A stretch of 63,901 bases of DNA, filler included, from Chrysochromulina tobinii (GCA_001275005.1; 11 parts of 11 records of this genome joined end to end with filler, not necessarily neighbours in it), one strand, 5' to 3'; positions 44,572-57,801 are shown, counted from the first letter of the whole stretch. Numbers and translations are program-made. The notes: generated from the sequence alone by a model not told the origin.

Positions 44572-44731
44572 TTGGGGCTGAAAGTAGGATCGTGATCTGA
44601 ATGTGTGTAAACATGCTAGGAGAGAAGATAANNNNNNNNNNNNNNNNNNNNNNNNNNNNNNNNNNNNNNNNNNNNTTAATTAATTAANNNNNNNNNNNNN
44701 NNNNNNNNNNNNNNNNNNNNNNNNNNNNNNN

Positions 44732-47646
44732 GAAGAAGGAGATGACGAGCGGGATGCGCAAATAAGGGACCGTCAGGTAGCTAAGCAGCAGCTCGGAGTC
44801 GTGCTGGCCAAGCGCATGCGTGTTCGCCACGTCGAGCTCGCCGAATGAAGGGAGATCCCACAGGTGCAGGATGTCGTCTTCATTGTCCGCCGACTGGGGC
44901 TTGACGTACTCGGACGCGACAGCCAAGGATGAGAAACGCTCCTTTGGTGGAATCTCGCCGCGCTTCCTTTTTGGCTGTGCCGAGAGGGGAATTTCGCCGC
45001 CCGCGCTGACCGTAAACTCGGCCGATGCGGGGTCCCAGCCAAACGAGAGTTGCATCTCGCGCTGCGTAAAGGGGCGGTCGCGCCTCGGGAAGCACTTCTT
45101 GTCGGGGTTGAGGAAGAACTTGAAGTAGAAGGCGATGTCGCGATAGTGGCGAAACTCGGGGTAGTTCTTCATAAGCAGCGCGTCCGGGTCCGTGACGTAC
45201 TGTACGAGCGAGTTGGTGTCCGCGGGGAAGGCGCGATCCACGCACACGTGGCGCAGCCAATTCGCGAGCTCGACCGAGAACTTGTGCGATTTGTCCCATC
45301 GGAAGAGCTTGGGCAACTTGCGGAAGGAGCCGAAGTAGTCCAGGGCGGCCGTACGCGCCATGTTGAGCTCGGGCGTGTGGCAGGCGACCAGGGCGGCTTG
45401 GGCGGCGAGGGGGCCACAATCCAGGGTGAAGCCCTTGTGGAGAGCGTCCTCGCTCCCCTCGCTGATGCCCCCTAGGTGGGCGCACAGCTCGGACCGGTAG
45501 TTGATCGAGCGCTGACGAAGCACGCAGTCGGCAATGGCGGCGATGCATGCGGGCACCACCATTCGAACGCTGTCGGCGGGGCGCGTATGATTGAGGGAGA
45601 GCGTCGAGGCTGCAAAGTGCTCCATGATGCGCGCGAGGACCTCGAGCATCGTGCGTTGCTCCTCGTAATCGACCGGCGCGCGCCACACGCACGTCGCCAC
45701 GCCTCTGCCGCGTCGCGGAGCGGGCAGCGGGAGCAGCTGCGTGAACACAAACTCGATGAGCGCAAACTTGAGGAACGCCGTGTTGTGCACTGAATGCGAT
45801 TGGACAGCCAGAGCGGTGCAGAGCCAGTCGCAGTGGCGGACTGCCGCGACCGCCTGCTCGCGGGTGGACACCGAGGCGGGAAGGGCGATCAGGTCAATCT
45901 CCTTGTATCTCGGTAGCTCTTGCTTGGGGCCGGGATCGACGTCCGTCAGTCGAAGGAGCCGCTCACAGAGCATGTGCATGTGGGGCGTCTCAACCGGCTT
46001 CGTGCTGGACCAGGGGAAGCCATGGGTGTGCTTGCGAAGGAGGCGGACGCCATCGTCGGACACGATCTCGCCTTCAGCCGTGAGCAGCACGAGCTTCGGG
46101 ATGCCATCCACTTCAAAGCGCTCCGCGAGTTTCGTCACGAGTGCCGAGCCAAAGCGAAGGGAAGGCCAGGGCATCTTCGAGCGGTACGCGTCGAACGCGC
46201 CCTCGGTTTGGTCGAGCGGGGCCAAGATGATCTGGAAGTTGCCGTGCATCTTCCGACGAATCCGAGTGTATGAGCTCGCGAGCTGCGGTGTGAACTTGCG
46301 GCACGGCGGGCACCACGAGGCCGAGAAGTAGATGCCGAGCACCTCGACGCCCTCAAGCGAGCTCGCCATCGAGATCGTGAGCTCGGATCCCTCCGGAGCG
46401 AGTAACGGCTCGTGGCCCATGATCGTCAGGAGCGTCTCGCGCTGCAGGAGCATCTCTTGGCGCGAGAGGAGGAGCATTGGCGGCGGCGGGGTCGCGCCGG
46501 CGCCGGGCACACGCGCGACCGCCGCTCGCAACCCCTCGAGCTCGAGCCGAATCGACGCGATCGGCTGTAATCCAATGTCGGGGAAGCGCTCCGCAAGGCG
46601 CGCGGCCTTGTACGCGAGCTGGCGTGCCGCGAGATTGAGTACGGTGCGGTCGGCCTCGCCGAGCATGCCGACGAACGGCAGGTCGTTCGTCGCAAAGCGC
46701 AGGAGCTGCAGCCGAAGCAGCAGTGAGATATGCTTCGCGTCGGCAAGGCTCATATCATGGACGCGCGTGAGCAGGTAGTGCGCGGTGGTACGCGCCACGC
46801 CGTAGCCCGGGTGAGTGCGCCGTGCCGAGCGCATGGGCGACGGTCCGATCCCAAGCGCCTCGCAGCACGTGTGCGTGTGCACCATCGCATCCTCGAGAGA
46901 CTTCTCCGTGAGGAATGGGATGAGCACTGTGAAGAGGACGTCGTCGCCGTCGCGCTTGCCGCTACGGTTGGCGGCGTACCAAGCGCCCACCCACAATGCC
47001 TCGTCGCACACACGCGAGAATTGCACGCCACGCACCTCGAAGCTCGTCTGGTACTTGATCTTGGGTGGCTGGGCCACGTTTGGATGGTACCCGAGCCCAC
47101 CCGGGCCTGCGCAGCAGATCGTCATCGTGCACATGTGCTCCTCAGGCGCAGGCGCACGGCGCACGATCACGAGCCGCGGCGTGTGCTTGATGACGAGCGG
47201 GATCACCATGAGCTCGCCAGGCGGCAGCTTCGTCAGTGACGTGACCAGGGGGCGTAGGAAGAGGTGCACGGCGTTCGCGCCCTCCGCGCGCCTCAACTTA
47301 TGAGCGAACGTGAGGCACTCATCGAGTGCGTACGTAGCCGCATTCAACGCCTGGAGCGCTGGCGACGACAGTGCACTCGTCGCCAGTCCATCGGACGTTT
47401 GCATCCGCTTGAGGGCAAACAGCATCACTTCGAGGCTCATGTGTAGAGAGCCCGCCGCCAACGGCGTGCCGCCAATGAAAGCGTCGCCGAACTCGGCAGC
47501 AAAGCCAGGGTGCTTCCAAATCGGCGGGGGCTTGTCATACAATCCTCGGAGACTCAACTGCTTCTGACGCGCGAGCTGCACCGCCTCGGTCACCTCCTCC
47601 TCCTCGTCGCGCACGCGCAGCGCGTGCAGCCGTTGGCGGATCACCT
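44732..47646 (-). CDS. Internal fragment of a very large protein containing a nucleoredoxin/tryparedoxin-like domain
   Basis: Frame open gap to gap; GIYFSASWCPPCRKFTP..MPW..FEVDGIPKLVLL..G. Confidence 0.8.
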
Positions 47647-47746
47647 NNNNNNNNNNNNNNNNNNNNNNNNNNNNNNNNNNNNNNNNNNNNTTAATTAATT
47701 AANNNNNNNNNNNNNNNNNNNNNNNNNNNNNNNNNNNNNNNNNNNN

Positions 47747-50273
47747 CGAGAACCTCACCGCCCGCGTACCGTATGACGCCAATACCAACCCAGTCGCCGA
47801 GCGCCAACTCGGAACCGTTAAGATGGCTGTCAAAGCTGCACTCGCGTATGCTGGAGCCCCTGAGATTCTATGGCCGTGGGCTGTTTCCCAATATGAACAC
47901 GTGCGGCACTTCATCAGTACGGAAGCGCTTCACCCGCCTATGTCGCCATACGCCTTTGCGCACCCCGACAGTGGACTCGCCGATCTGAGCTGGGCTAAAC
48001 CCCTGTTCTGCGACGTCACTGTCCACCTTCCCTCAAGAGATTCGCAGGGAAAACTCGCCTACACAGGCAGTGATGGCTGCTACCTCGGGAGGGATTTCAA
48101 ACGAAACGCCGACTATGTCTACCTGCCGGCTCAGGGCCGCATTTCCTCCTTCACAGTCACAGACTGGCGCCCGCACTCCTTTGCCACCTGCAAAGGCATC
48201 ACCGCGGATACACCAGTTGAATATCGCGAACCGCAGGATCTCCGGATGTCGCCGGTGACTGCTTCCCTGGTGCCCAAGCATTTCACCGCTGGGCGGCCGC
48301 GTTCTGCTCACCTTCTGCAGAACAAGGAGGGAGCGGAGCAAAGCGTGCAGAACAAGGAGGGAGCGGAGCAAAGCGTGCAGCACAAGGAGGGAGATGCCGC
48401 TACTAACGCGTCCATCATCGAGCAAGGCGTCCTTGCTCTCCAGTCTTCCGGTGAGGAAATTTTTGTGCAACACGCTGTGCAGGCGTTTCAAGCGGACGCA
48501 ATCAAAGCGGCGCAGGACTCCTGTGAACCCGAGGCGGATCTAGAGATCGAACTTGTGGGCACCGAGTCAGCGAAGCAAGTAGGACTGCTATCGTCCAACG
48601 TCGTGAAGATCGCCTCAGTAGCGGATGCTATGGCTTCACCTTACTGGGATCTTATCCGAACGAATATGGAAGACGAGATCGCGGGCAAGATCGCCAACAA
48701 CTTCGCGACCGTGGTCAAAAGAGAACCAGGGATGCACGTTATGAAGGTCAAGTGGGTGATCACCATCGCACTCAACGACGACGGCAGCATCAAGAAGATC
48801 AAAGCTCGTCTTGTCGGGTGTGGCTACTCGCAGAAAGCCAAGGTCGACTACGATGAGGTCTATGCGCACTCTCTTCCCGCCGTGTGTTTTCGCCTGTTCG
48901 TCTCAATACTGGCCGATGAAGACCTTGAATCCGATCAAATTGATGCTATCAAGGCTTTCACCCAAGCCGACCTCGACCGCGATCTGTACTGCAACATGCC
49001 TGAAGGATTCTCGATACCGGGGCATGTGCTTCACTTGCACAAATGCCTGGAGGGTGTCAAGCAGGGAGCGCACCTTTGGTACAAGAAGAATAAGTGGGCC
49101 ATGAACAAGTGCGGCCTGGTCAGCGACATAGCTGAGCCTAATCTGTACACACACGAGTCGCTGCAGATCATCGCGGCGGTTGTGACCGACGACGTCGGAG
49201 TGGGATTCCATCATAGCGTGCGCACGGAATATCTTGCGATCCGTAGTGAATACGCGAAGCTGATCAACATCGACTCGCCTGGACCGGACCTGACCCGACC
49301 CCTGACAATGTTCACTGGTTGCGAGCTCACGCGTGACAGACAGGCGAGGACTGTTACCGTGACTATGCGAAACTATACCCAGAAGCTTGCTGTCCGATAC
49401 AAGGGGAAATTCACTCTCAACGACCTGCCCTATGCCGCGTCCAAGGCGAAAAGGGAGGAGTTCGAGGCGTTCAAACCCAGTACAGACGGGAATACCATCG
49501 ATAAGGCGGAGTATCTCAATGCCCTTGGATCGATCGGGTGGCCCACGGTCATGGTCCGATGCGAATGCATGTACGCTTACTCTATCTTGGCGAGTCTCTC
49601 AATGGGCCCGACCGCGACGCATCTCAATGCGGTCATGCACATGGTTGGATACCTTATCGCCACCCAAGAACTTGGACTGACGTACGGAGGCAAGCTCCGT
49701 GTCCCTTTGGGGTTGAGTGACATGCCACCCTGGTTCGAAGAATCGCGCGGTCTCTTCACCTCCACTGACAGCTCGTGGGGCAAGTCGACGCGGCCCTACG
49801 GCGGCCACGTGGTGATGCGAACGAATGCTGCGCTGATCTGGTCTAGCAAAGCGTTCAAAACGGTGATCCCGCAAAGCACAGCAGAAGCCGAGACTGCCCA
49901 AGCCTCGCTGGCAACCCGTGACACACTATTCGTTAGACGAGCGTGTGAGGGGGTCAAGCGGATGGTCAAAGGACCGACGATGCTTTTGGGAGACAACTCG
50001 GCTATGAATGACCTAATCAGAAAGGATGGCACGACGAGCCGCTCGCGCTACTTTGAGCGCACGACCATGCTGGTTAAGTACGCGGTCCTGCGTCTAATGA
50101 TTGCCGTGCATCTCATTTCTACCAACGATATGATGGCGGACATCTTCACCAAGGCGGTGGACAAAGATACTTTCCTCAAGTTCCGCATGTGGATGTATAA
50201 TGAGCCCATCAAGGATCGCAGCCGTTTCGGGAAAGCGGTGCAAGCCCTTGCAGAGGCGCTGTGCAAAGCGTGA
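47747..50273 (+). mobile_element. Ty1/Copia retrotransposon pol (integrase C-terminal part, RT, RNase H)
   Basis: NPVAER integrase motif; KARLV, QIDAIKAF, MPEGF, LHKCLEGVKQ, VVTDD; TDSSW, STAEAE, GDN, ADIFTKA; IN-RT-RH order. Confidence 0.92.
48318..48393 (+). repeat. 30-nt in-frame tandem repeat (QNKEGAEQSV x2.5) in the IN-RT linker
   Basis: Direct inspection. Confidence 0.85.
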
Positions 50274-51604
50274 GCATGAACACCGGACATGTTCGAGCGG
50301 GGTGAGATGCCCCCCAACTGCGTATGATTCCCAGGCGCAGCGACGATGTCGGATGAGACCCTGGCTCGGNNNNNNNNNNNNNNNNNNNNNNNNNNNNNNN
50401 NNNNNNNNNNNNNTTAATTAATTAANNNNNNNNNNNNNNNNNNNNNNNNNNNNNNNNNNNNNNNNNNNNCAGAGAGCTCGGGTATCGACATGCCGCGGAT
50501 GCGCTCGTCCAGCGGCTTGCCAAAGTCCTCGGGGCACCTCTTGGGCTCCTTGCACTTGAGGATGCGCATCTGCATCATGACCTCGAGGCGGGCGCGCACC
50601 GTCTTGAGCACCTGTTCAATGTCGATCTGCATGTTGGCATCCGAGCCCAGAGCATCGACCGTGTCCGAGACTCCGGGGTTGATGGGGCCGGCTGGTGCTA
50701 GCGCGAATAGGAGAGACGGGTCGTGATCAGCGTGGTGCGCAGGGCGGAGCTTGGGCCGGCGCATTCACTCGGGTTACCTGCTGGTGAGCTAGGGGGTGTA
50801 GCCAATACTTCGTCAGCGCGTGGCCTGGCCTTGATGGCACGGTGGTGATCGGCTTGTCCAGTGCTGCTGCTCAACACGTGGCCCGGGACGTCACGACCAT
50901 CAATGCGGCTTGCAAACTCCATGACTGTACTCTGCTCTCCGCGCTCTCCTTCGCTCGTGCAGCGCGGGGTATGGCGCGATTTCGTTCTCAGGACTCAGCC
51001 CTGCACAGCTGGCCCACGGCCGATTATGAATTCCAGATTTGGGTAGCAAAGTGCGTTTTCCTGCATGCATGCGTGCATCAAACCAAGCCTACATGATCAC
51101 GTCTATGGCTACGTGAATCGTGATATCTTTAAGACATCTTTGTCAACATTTTACATGTACCAGACACGCATCCACGATGTCAGTGATTGTTAGTGACCGC
51201 ACTTTGTGGGGCTGGGGGTCGAGCCTCTCCTTCACAATCCTGAGCTCTTCGGGAGAAAGGGGCATTGTAGAGAGGACGAAGTCCGACCGCACCGCACAAT
51301 GCGGCCCTGGTTGTGTCAAGAACGAAACTGACACAATTTACGGAATGGAACTCTTGATTGAATTTTCCTGAACTTCTCTAACCGGACAGACTTCTCTAAC
51401 CGGACAGAAAATCCCCATGTCACTCTCTCCTTGGATGGTGGACAAAAGACCGTGTGCGTAGCCAGGTATATCAGACAATGTCTCGGCCCCATCGACTCCA
51501 TTTTNNNNNNNNNNNNNNNNNNNNNNNNNNNNNNNNNNNNNNNNNNNNTTAATTAATTAANNNNNNNNNNNNNNNNNNNNNNNNNNNNNNNNNNNNNNNN
51601 NNNN

Positions 51605-51607
51605 CGA

Positions 51608-51653
<46 letters not shown>

Positions 51654-52430
51654 CCGGGCGGCGGGGTCCTCACGAACGAAATGCTCGGGTCGGCGGCGAT
51701 CGACAACCTGGTCGCCTTCGCCACCACCTGGGATGGCGGGATGAAGAAGCGCTGGATCGTGTACAACATCCACGCGATGACGGCCAAAGACTTGGAGCTC
51801 TTGGCGCAGGAGCTCGCCCCCAAGCTCGAAGTGGACCGCGTCGTCGTGCTGCGCGCCCTCCTTGCGATGGTAAGCCTCCGCAAGGCGGGCTGGCAGGAGC
51901 CCTCGGCGAGCTCTCTCTCGGGCACGCACGCGGGGATTTACGACTACGCGCGGCTGTGCTCGTTTGTCGATCCCAAGGTCGCCCCCGAGGAGCCGGACAA
52001 GATTGACGGATTCGTCCTCAATACAGGTTTGCTCTGGGGCGATCTCAAAGAGGGTGGCTTCCTCCCCAAGATCTTGGAACTCGCCAAGTTCCTTCGTATG
52101 GAGCTCTCGGCGCCGGCCATGGGCCTGGTTCATTGCGCGGACCGGTCCGAGGCGGCCGCGTGCCTCAAGGTCGGCGACCCGCGCGTTGCCAACGAGCTCG
52201 TTCACTCCGACCAGCTGGCGGCTAGAGCCTACTTTCACCGCGCCAAGGTCCTCGACCCGCCGGCGGCGAGCTATGGCGGGGAGGGCCCCGAGCAGGTGCT
52301 GGGCTTCTTTGTGAGCGGCATGGACAGCCCTAGCCTCTGCTACGTCGTGGTGCGCGCGGTGCCGGCGCTGCTCGAGGGCGCCGGCGCTCCACCGCCGCCG
52401 CGTACACAGCGGCCGGCAGGTTGGGGATAA
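51605..52430 (+). CDS. Inverted partial paralog of the 52330-54455 gene with an alternative internal segment, lacking the C-terminal region
   Basis: 51605-51934 and 52080-52383 are reverse complements of 53531-53860 and 53112-53415; frame open from the gap to the stop at 52430. Confidence 0.7.
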
Positions 52431-53811
52431 GGATAGGGCGCATGTTCTTCCACTGAGCGTGGAGGATTGGCTCGCGCGAGCCCTCCTCCCACAGCGTCAC
52501 CCCGAGCCACCCGCAACCTGGGATGAACATCCCCTCGGCGGGGTCGTTGTCGGCCGCCCCTCTGCTGCGCTTGCCACCGCGCGATCTGGTCACCTCGGGG
52601 GCCCCCTCGGCGTCGCTCACACCGACCACCGTCTCCCCACGCAAATGGCGGGCGGTCGCAAGCGGATCCTTTTGCGCTCGAAACACGCGCAGCAGCTCGG
52701 CCGCCTGCTTGCGCGCGGACAGCGAGCTCTGGAGCTGGCGAGCGATCGCGTGCTGGAGAACCATCTCCTCGGACAGGACGGTTTCGTCTGTGCCAAAGTA
52801 CCGGACCTTTGGCCGTGGAGTGCATGGGAGGCCCATCCACGGGTCATGCTCCAGGTCGAAGAGCTTGGCGGGCAGCCAGCTGACGCCGCCCACCGTGTGG
52901 CGCGTGTGGATCGCGGCTGCGAGATGGAGGCCGAGGTTGAAGGCGTTCTGGCCGCGCGTGGCGAAGTCGAAGACGACCTCGCGCTCGTTGCACGCCGCGT
53001 GCTCGAGGAGGATGGCGGCGAGCTGATTGCACGCGTCCGAAAAGGAGGCGCGGTCGCGGACGAACGCGCCGCCACTGTCGCTCCGAGTCTGAGTCGCCGG
53101 GGTACGTCGCTCGGCGCCCTCGAGCAGCGCCGGCACCGCGCGCACCACGACGTAGCAGAGGCTAGGGCTGTCCATGCCGCTCACAAAGAAGCCCAGCACC
53201 TGCTCGGGGCCCTCCCCGCCATAGCTCGCCGCCGGCGGGTCGAGGACCTTGGCGCGGTGAAAGTAGGCTCTAGCCGCCAGCTGGTCGGAGTGAACGAGCT
53301 CGTTGGCAACGCGCGGGTCGCCGACCTTGAGGCACGCGGCCGCCTCGGACCGGTCCGCGCAATGAACCAGGCCCATGGCCGGCGCCGAGAGCTCCATACG
53401 AAGGAACTTGGCGAGCTCGAGCCCCTCGGTGAGCAACCCCGGCTGCAGCTGGTCGTAGAAGAGCCCCGTGTCGAGGATCAGGCCTCGCTCCGCGCCGAGG
53501 AAGGACACGAGCCGCGTGAAATCCGGCATGCCCGCGTGGGTGCCCGAGAGCGAGCTCGCCGAGGGCTCCTGCCAGCCCGCCTTGCGGAGGCTTACCATCG
53601 CAAGGAGGGCGCGCAGCACGACGACGCGGTCCACTTCGAGCTTGGGGGCGAGCTCCTGCGCCAAGAGCTCCAAGTCTTTGGCCGTCATCGCGTGGATGTT
53701 GTACACGATCCAGCGCTTCTTCATCCCGCCATCCCAGGTGGTGGCGAAGGCGACCAGGTTGTCGATCGCCGCCGACCCGAGCATTTCGTTCGTGAGGACC
53801 CCGCCGCCCGG

Positions 53812-53862
<51 letters not shown>

Positions 53863-54455
53863 TGCCGTGGCGGCATCATCGGCGCTCGGGGTGGTGGGCA
53901 AGCCAGCGCTGGATGCGCACTTAAAGAAGCCCGTCTCGCTGCTCGACGTCGGAACCCGCTCGAGCCCCTGTGGGGCCTCAGCCAACTTGGCCTTGGCAAT
54001 CGCCTCCTTTTCAACCGTCTCCTGGGCCAAGCCCCAGCCACTCCTGATCTCGGCCCTATGAGCGTCCCACTGCGCCGGGGTGAGGTAGGAGGACGTTCTT
54101 GTCGGTGGCTTCTCGAGCACGTCGTGCGCCTCGGCCTCGAGCTTCGCCACCTCGATGGGCTCGCGGCCGAGCAGCGCATCCGGCTCCAGCCGCTTGCGCC
54201 GGTCGTCGTCGTTCGTCGCTCCGAGCAACATGCTCCAGAGGGCAGTCCCCTCGCCCTCGTGCTCGCGCTGCTCGCCTTCGCTCATGCGCGGCCTCACGTT
54301 ACGCATCGCGTCCACGGTGTGCGAGCCCGAGGTCGAGGCGTGCCAGCCCGAGGTCGAGCCGTCGCCGCCGCCACGGCTGTTCTGCATGCCACCACAAAGG
54401 CGGAGCACGAGGTGGAGGGTCGACTCCTTCTGGATGTTGTAATCCGAGAGGGTGC
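52330..54455 (-). CDS. Ubiquitin-fusion protein of unknown function (5' end in gap)
   Basis: Begins TLSDYNIQKESTLHLVLRLCGG (ubiquitin C-terminus with R74C), then ~685 aa with no recognisable domain. Confidence 0.8.
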
Positions 54456-54555
54456 NNNNNNNNNNNNNNNNNNNNNNNNNNNNNNNNNNNNNNNNNNNNT
54501 TAATTAATTAANNNNNNNNNNNNNNNNNNNNNNNNNNNNNNNNNNNNNNNNNNNN

Positions 54556-54981
54556 GCTCGTACCAGCCCGCCCGCGGATTCGCGAACGCGGTCGCGATCG
54601 CTGGCGTGCGGTACTCGGCCTCGTTGAGGCCTTGCGCACCCGCAAAGGTGAGGAACGTCGTGGAGCTCGCGCTCCACTCCTTCGAGATCTCGTGCAGCTG
54701 GGCGGAGGCGCCTCGCGCGTTGGCCGAGAAGGTTTCGTCCACATTGTACCGGAGCGTCGCGCGTTGGATCTGCTCGTGCGGGCGCAGCTGGTTCGGCCCG
54801 AGCCCGATGATGTCGGTGAACTGCACGAGCACCGAGTCGTAGTGGCCGACGGAGCTGCTCCCGTCCCACCACAGGCCCGTGTCTTGGTAGCCGAAGTAGT
54901 CGGGGGTGTCGGAGCGGATCCACGTCGACTGGCAGCCGCCCGTGTAGCTCGAGTTCTCGCCGTTGAATGCGTACGAAAATG

Positions 54982-55018
<37 letters not shown>

Positions 55019-57801
55019 AAAAAAAAAGCGAGTTGCAGGAACGGAGAGCCGCACCGTCGTTGCCGCCCGTGGGCACCAAGATCCAGCCGTGGTTCGCTCC
55101 GCCCGCTTGCCAGGCACCGAAAGACGAGGTGACGTCGACCTCATTCCAGCCGGCCACGGTGGCGTACGCAATGCCAACCTCCACGGAGCTGTAGTCCTCG
55201 TTCGCGATGAGGCCACGGTTGCCCGCGAAGCTGTTGTACGTCGTGGTCGCGGCATTCCATGGTTTGAGGGGCTCATGCACGCCAGCATAGTTCCCGACGG
55301 AGTTGGACGAGGCCGAGAGGTCGACGTAGTAGCGAAGCTTGGCGCTCGTGATGATTTCGTGCGTATGGACGTGGTAATTTGCATTCCCGATGATGTCGGT
55401 GAACTGCACGAGGACGTAGTCGCGTGTGCCATCATTCTGCTCGCCATCCCACCACAGATTTGTTTGTTGCCCCATGGCGGTATCCGGGGTACTCGATCTC
55501 AGCATGGTCGACTGGCACCCGCCGGTGACGGTCGCCGTCTGGCTGTTGAACTCGCGCATCCCGATGACCACGGGCGCAGGCGACATGGGCGGCGGGATGG
55601 TGTAGGGGGGACGAGGCGGGGCGGGCGGCGACGGCGGCGCGGGCGGCGCATCAAAGTGCACCTCGACCACCGGCTGCTGCGCAACCGTAGCCCAGGCTGC
55701 GGTGCGGATGCCGCACCCGTTGCCGAAGTACGGCACGAAGACCCAGCCGTGATTGGGTGTGCCCGTGAGCCACCGGTTGATGCTCGGCGTCACGTCGACG
55801 GTGTGCGTGGCCACGTTGCCAGGCAGGTCGTTGACAGTCGGGCCCCAGAGCGTGTCGATGACCGCCGCAGGAAAGGGCCAAGGGGGCGCGGGCATCGAAT
55901 TGTTGTACGTCACGGTGCTCGCATTCCAGCCGCGGCGGAACTCGTGCATCTCCGCCTGGTCGCCTTCGTTTGACACGGTGTAGCGGAAGAGCGCGCGGGA
56001 GATGGGAGCCATGCCCGAGAGCGCGCTCAGGTCGAACTTCATGAGCACGAAATCGAAATCGGCCCTGCGGGCAGCAGGTGGTCAGGGGAGGCGAGGCGCA
56101 CACACGTGTGTGAGCAAAGGAGCGGAACGACGTCGGGATGAGGCCGGTGGGAGCAGCAACTGCGATGTAGCTGAGCCGACCACGTGGCGAGAGTAGGGTT
56201 TGTGCGCCGCTGGCGCGCACGCTGAGTTTCCGTCCCAGAAGACCTCGGCGGCGGTGGCGTAGTTGATGTCCTGAGCAATCATGCGCAGCCACGCGTGCTG
56301 GGCGTTGCGGATCTGCAGGACCGTGAACGGGGCGCGGGGTGGCGAGGGCGGCGGCGAGGGCCGCGGCGGTGGCGGCGGCGGCCGCGCGGGCGGCGAAGGC
56401 GGCCTGGGCGGCTGCAGCGCCGCGAACACGACCAGGTTGACGCGACGGTCTGATGGCGCGTTGCACGCGCGCATCGAGGAGCCATCGCCAGATCCACCGA
56501 GAATCTGCGGCGATGGCATCCAGATCCAGCCGTTGTTGTTGACGCCGTTGACCCAGCTCTGGACGCTCGCCGTCACGTCGAGCTCGTACCAGCCCGCCCG
56601 CGGATTCGCGAACGCGGTCGCGATCGCTGGCGTGCGGTACTCGGCCTCGTTGAGGCCTTGCGCACCCGCGAAGGTGCGGAACGTGGTGGAGTTTGCGCTC
56701 CACTCTTTCGAGATCTCATGCAGCTGGGCGGAGGCGCCTCGCGCGTTGCCCGAGAATGTTTCGTCCACGTTGTACCGGAGCGTCGCGCGTTGGATGTACT
56801 CGTGCGGGCGCAGCTGGTTCGGCCCGGACCCGATGATGTCGGTGAACTGCACGAGCACCGAGTCGAAGTGGCCGACGGAGCTGCTCCCGTCCCACCACAG
56901 GCCCGTGTCTTGGGCGCCGATGAAGTCGGGGGTGTCCGAGCGGATCCACGTCGACTGGCAGCCGCCCGTGTAGCTCGAGTTCTCGCCGTTGAACACGTAC
57001 GAAAACGCCGGGGGGGGGAACGGCGGCAGCGAGGGGCTCGGGGGCGGCGGCGCCGTCGGTGGGGTCACCGTTGGGACATCGAGGTATGGGGAGTTCACGG
57101 CCGTCGAGAACTGCATCTCGCCGCCGTTGGTGCCGCCAGTGGGCAACGCGATCCAGCCGCGGTTTGTACGGCTACCCGCGAGCCACGGGGCAACCGATGA
57201 GGTCACGTCAAACCTCTGCCAGCCAGCGGTTCCTGGAAAGGTTCCAGCGCCGCCGACGCTGGTGTTCCTCCACGATGACGGTGCGAATGGGAGGTTGGTC
57301 CACGTGACCGTGGACTGTCGAAAGCAGGGAGGGGCAGGGAGGGACGCGTCAGCGGGAAGGGGCCTCAGCCAGGGTGCCACGCGGTTGTGAGGGGAGCGCG
57401 CATCTTCGCGGGTGGCGTGTGCACACATGGTTCCAGGGAACGGTGAGCTCGTGTAGCGAGGGGTTGCCGCCCGCGTCGGACATAAAGTAGTAGAGCCAAA
57501 CGGGGTTGGTCGGCACGAGCGTGGCTCCGACGAGTGAGTTCAAGTCGAACATGATCAAGACGGCGGACGTGTCCGAACTAGTGCCTGATATGGCCCCAGT
57601 GGTGGTCGAGATCGTGAGCGGGCCGTCCCACCACCCGGAACGTAGGTCGTTGTAGTTTGTCGTAGCGTAGTTGATAATTGGAGCCGTAGAGGAACTGCCG
57701 GCCCTGATGTATGTATCGTAGGTGACGCTCGGGCCACGGATGATGACGCCCGCGGCCGAGACGACGAGCGCGAGGAAGAGTGCGGCTTTGAGCGACGTCA
57801 T
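54556..57801 (-). CDS. Secreted multi-DNRLRE (CBM96-like) domain protein with Pro-rich linkers, 5' part
   Basis: Signal peptide MTSLKAALFLALVVSAAG; introns 57426-57315 and 56220-56065; repeated domains TWIRS..VLxxFD..LRY..HE..W...TYN..DVT..V..W..G..NxGW. Confidence 0.8.

Noticed and set aside
50470..51504. Short ORFs on a small contig
   Set aside because: No recognisable motifs or consistent reading frame.
52459..54507. 682-aa plus-strand ORF and many other long antisense ORFs (e.g. 43177-44475, 58779-60026, 18408-19421)
   Set aside because: Shadow ORFs of high-GC3 genes on the opposite strand; no domain signatures.
54982..55028. G35/A-run junction causing a frameshift in the DNRLRE gene (possible slippage switch)
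   Set aside because: It replaces a GC-rich poly-Pro linker at the edge of the 1.8-kb repeat; most likely low-quality consensus or a misjoin.
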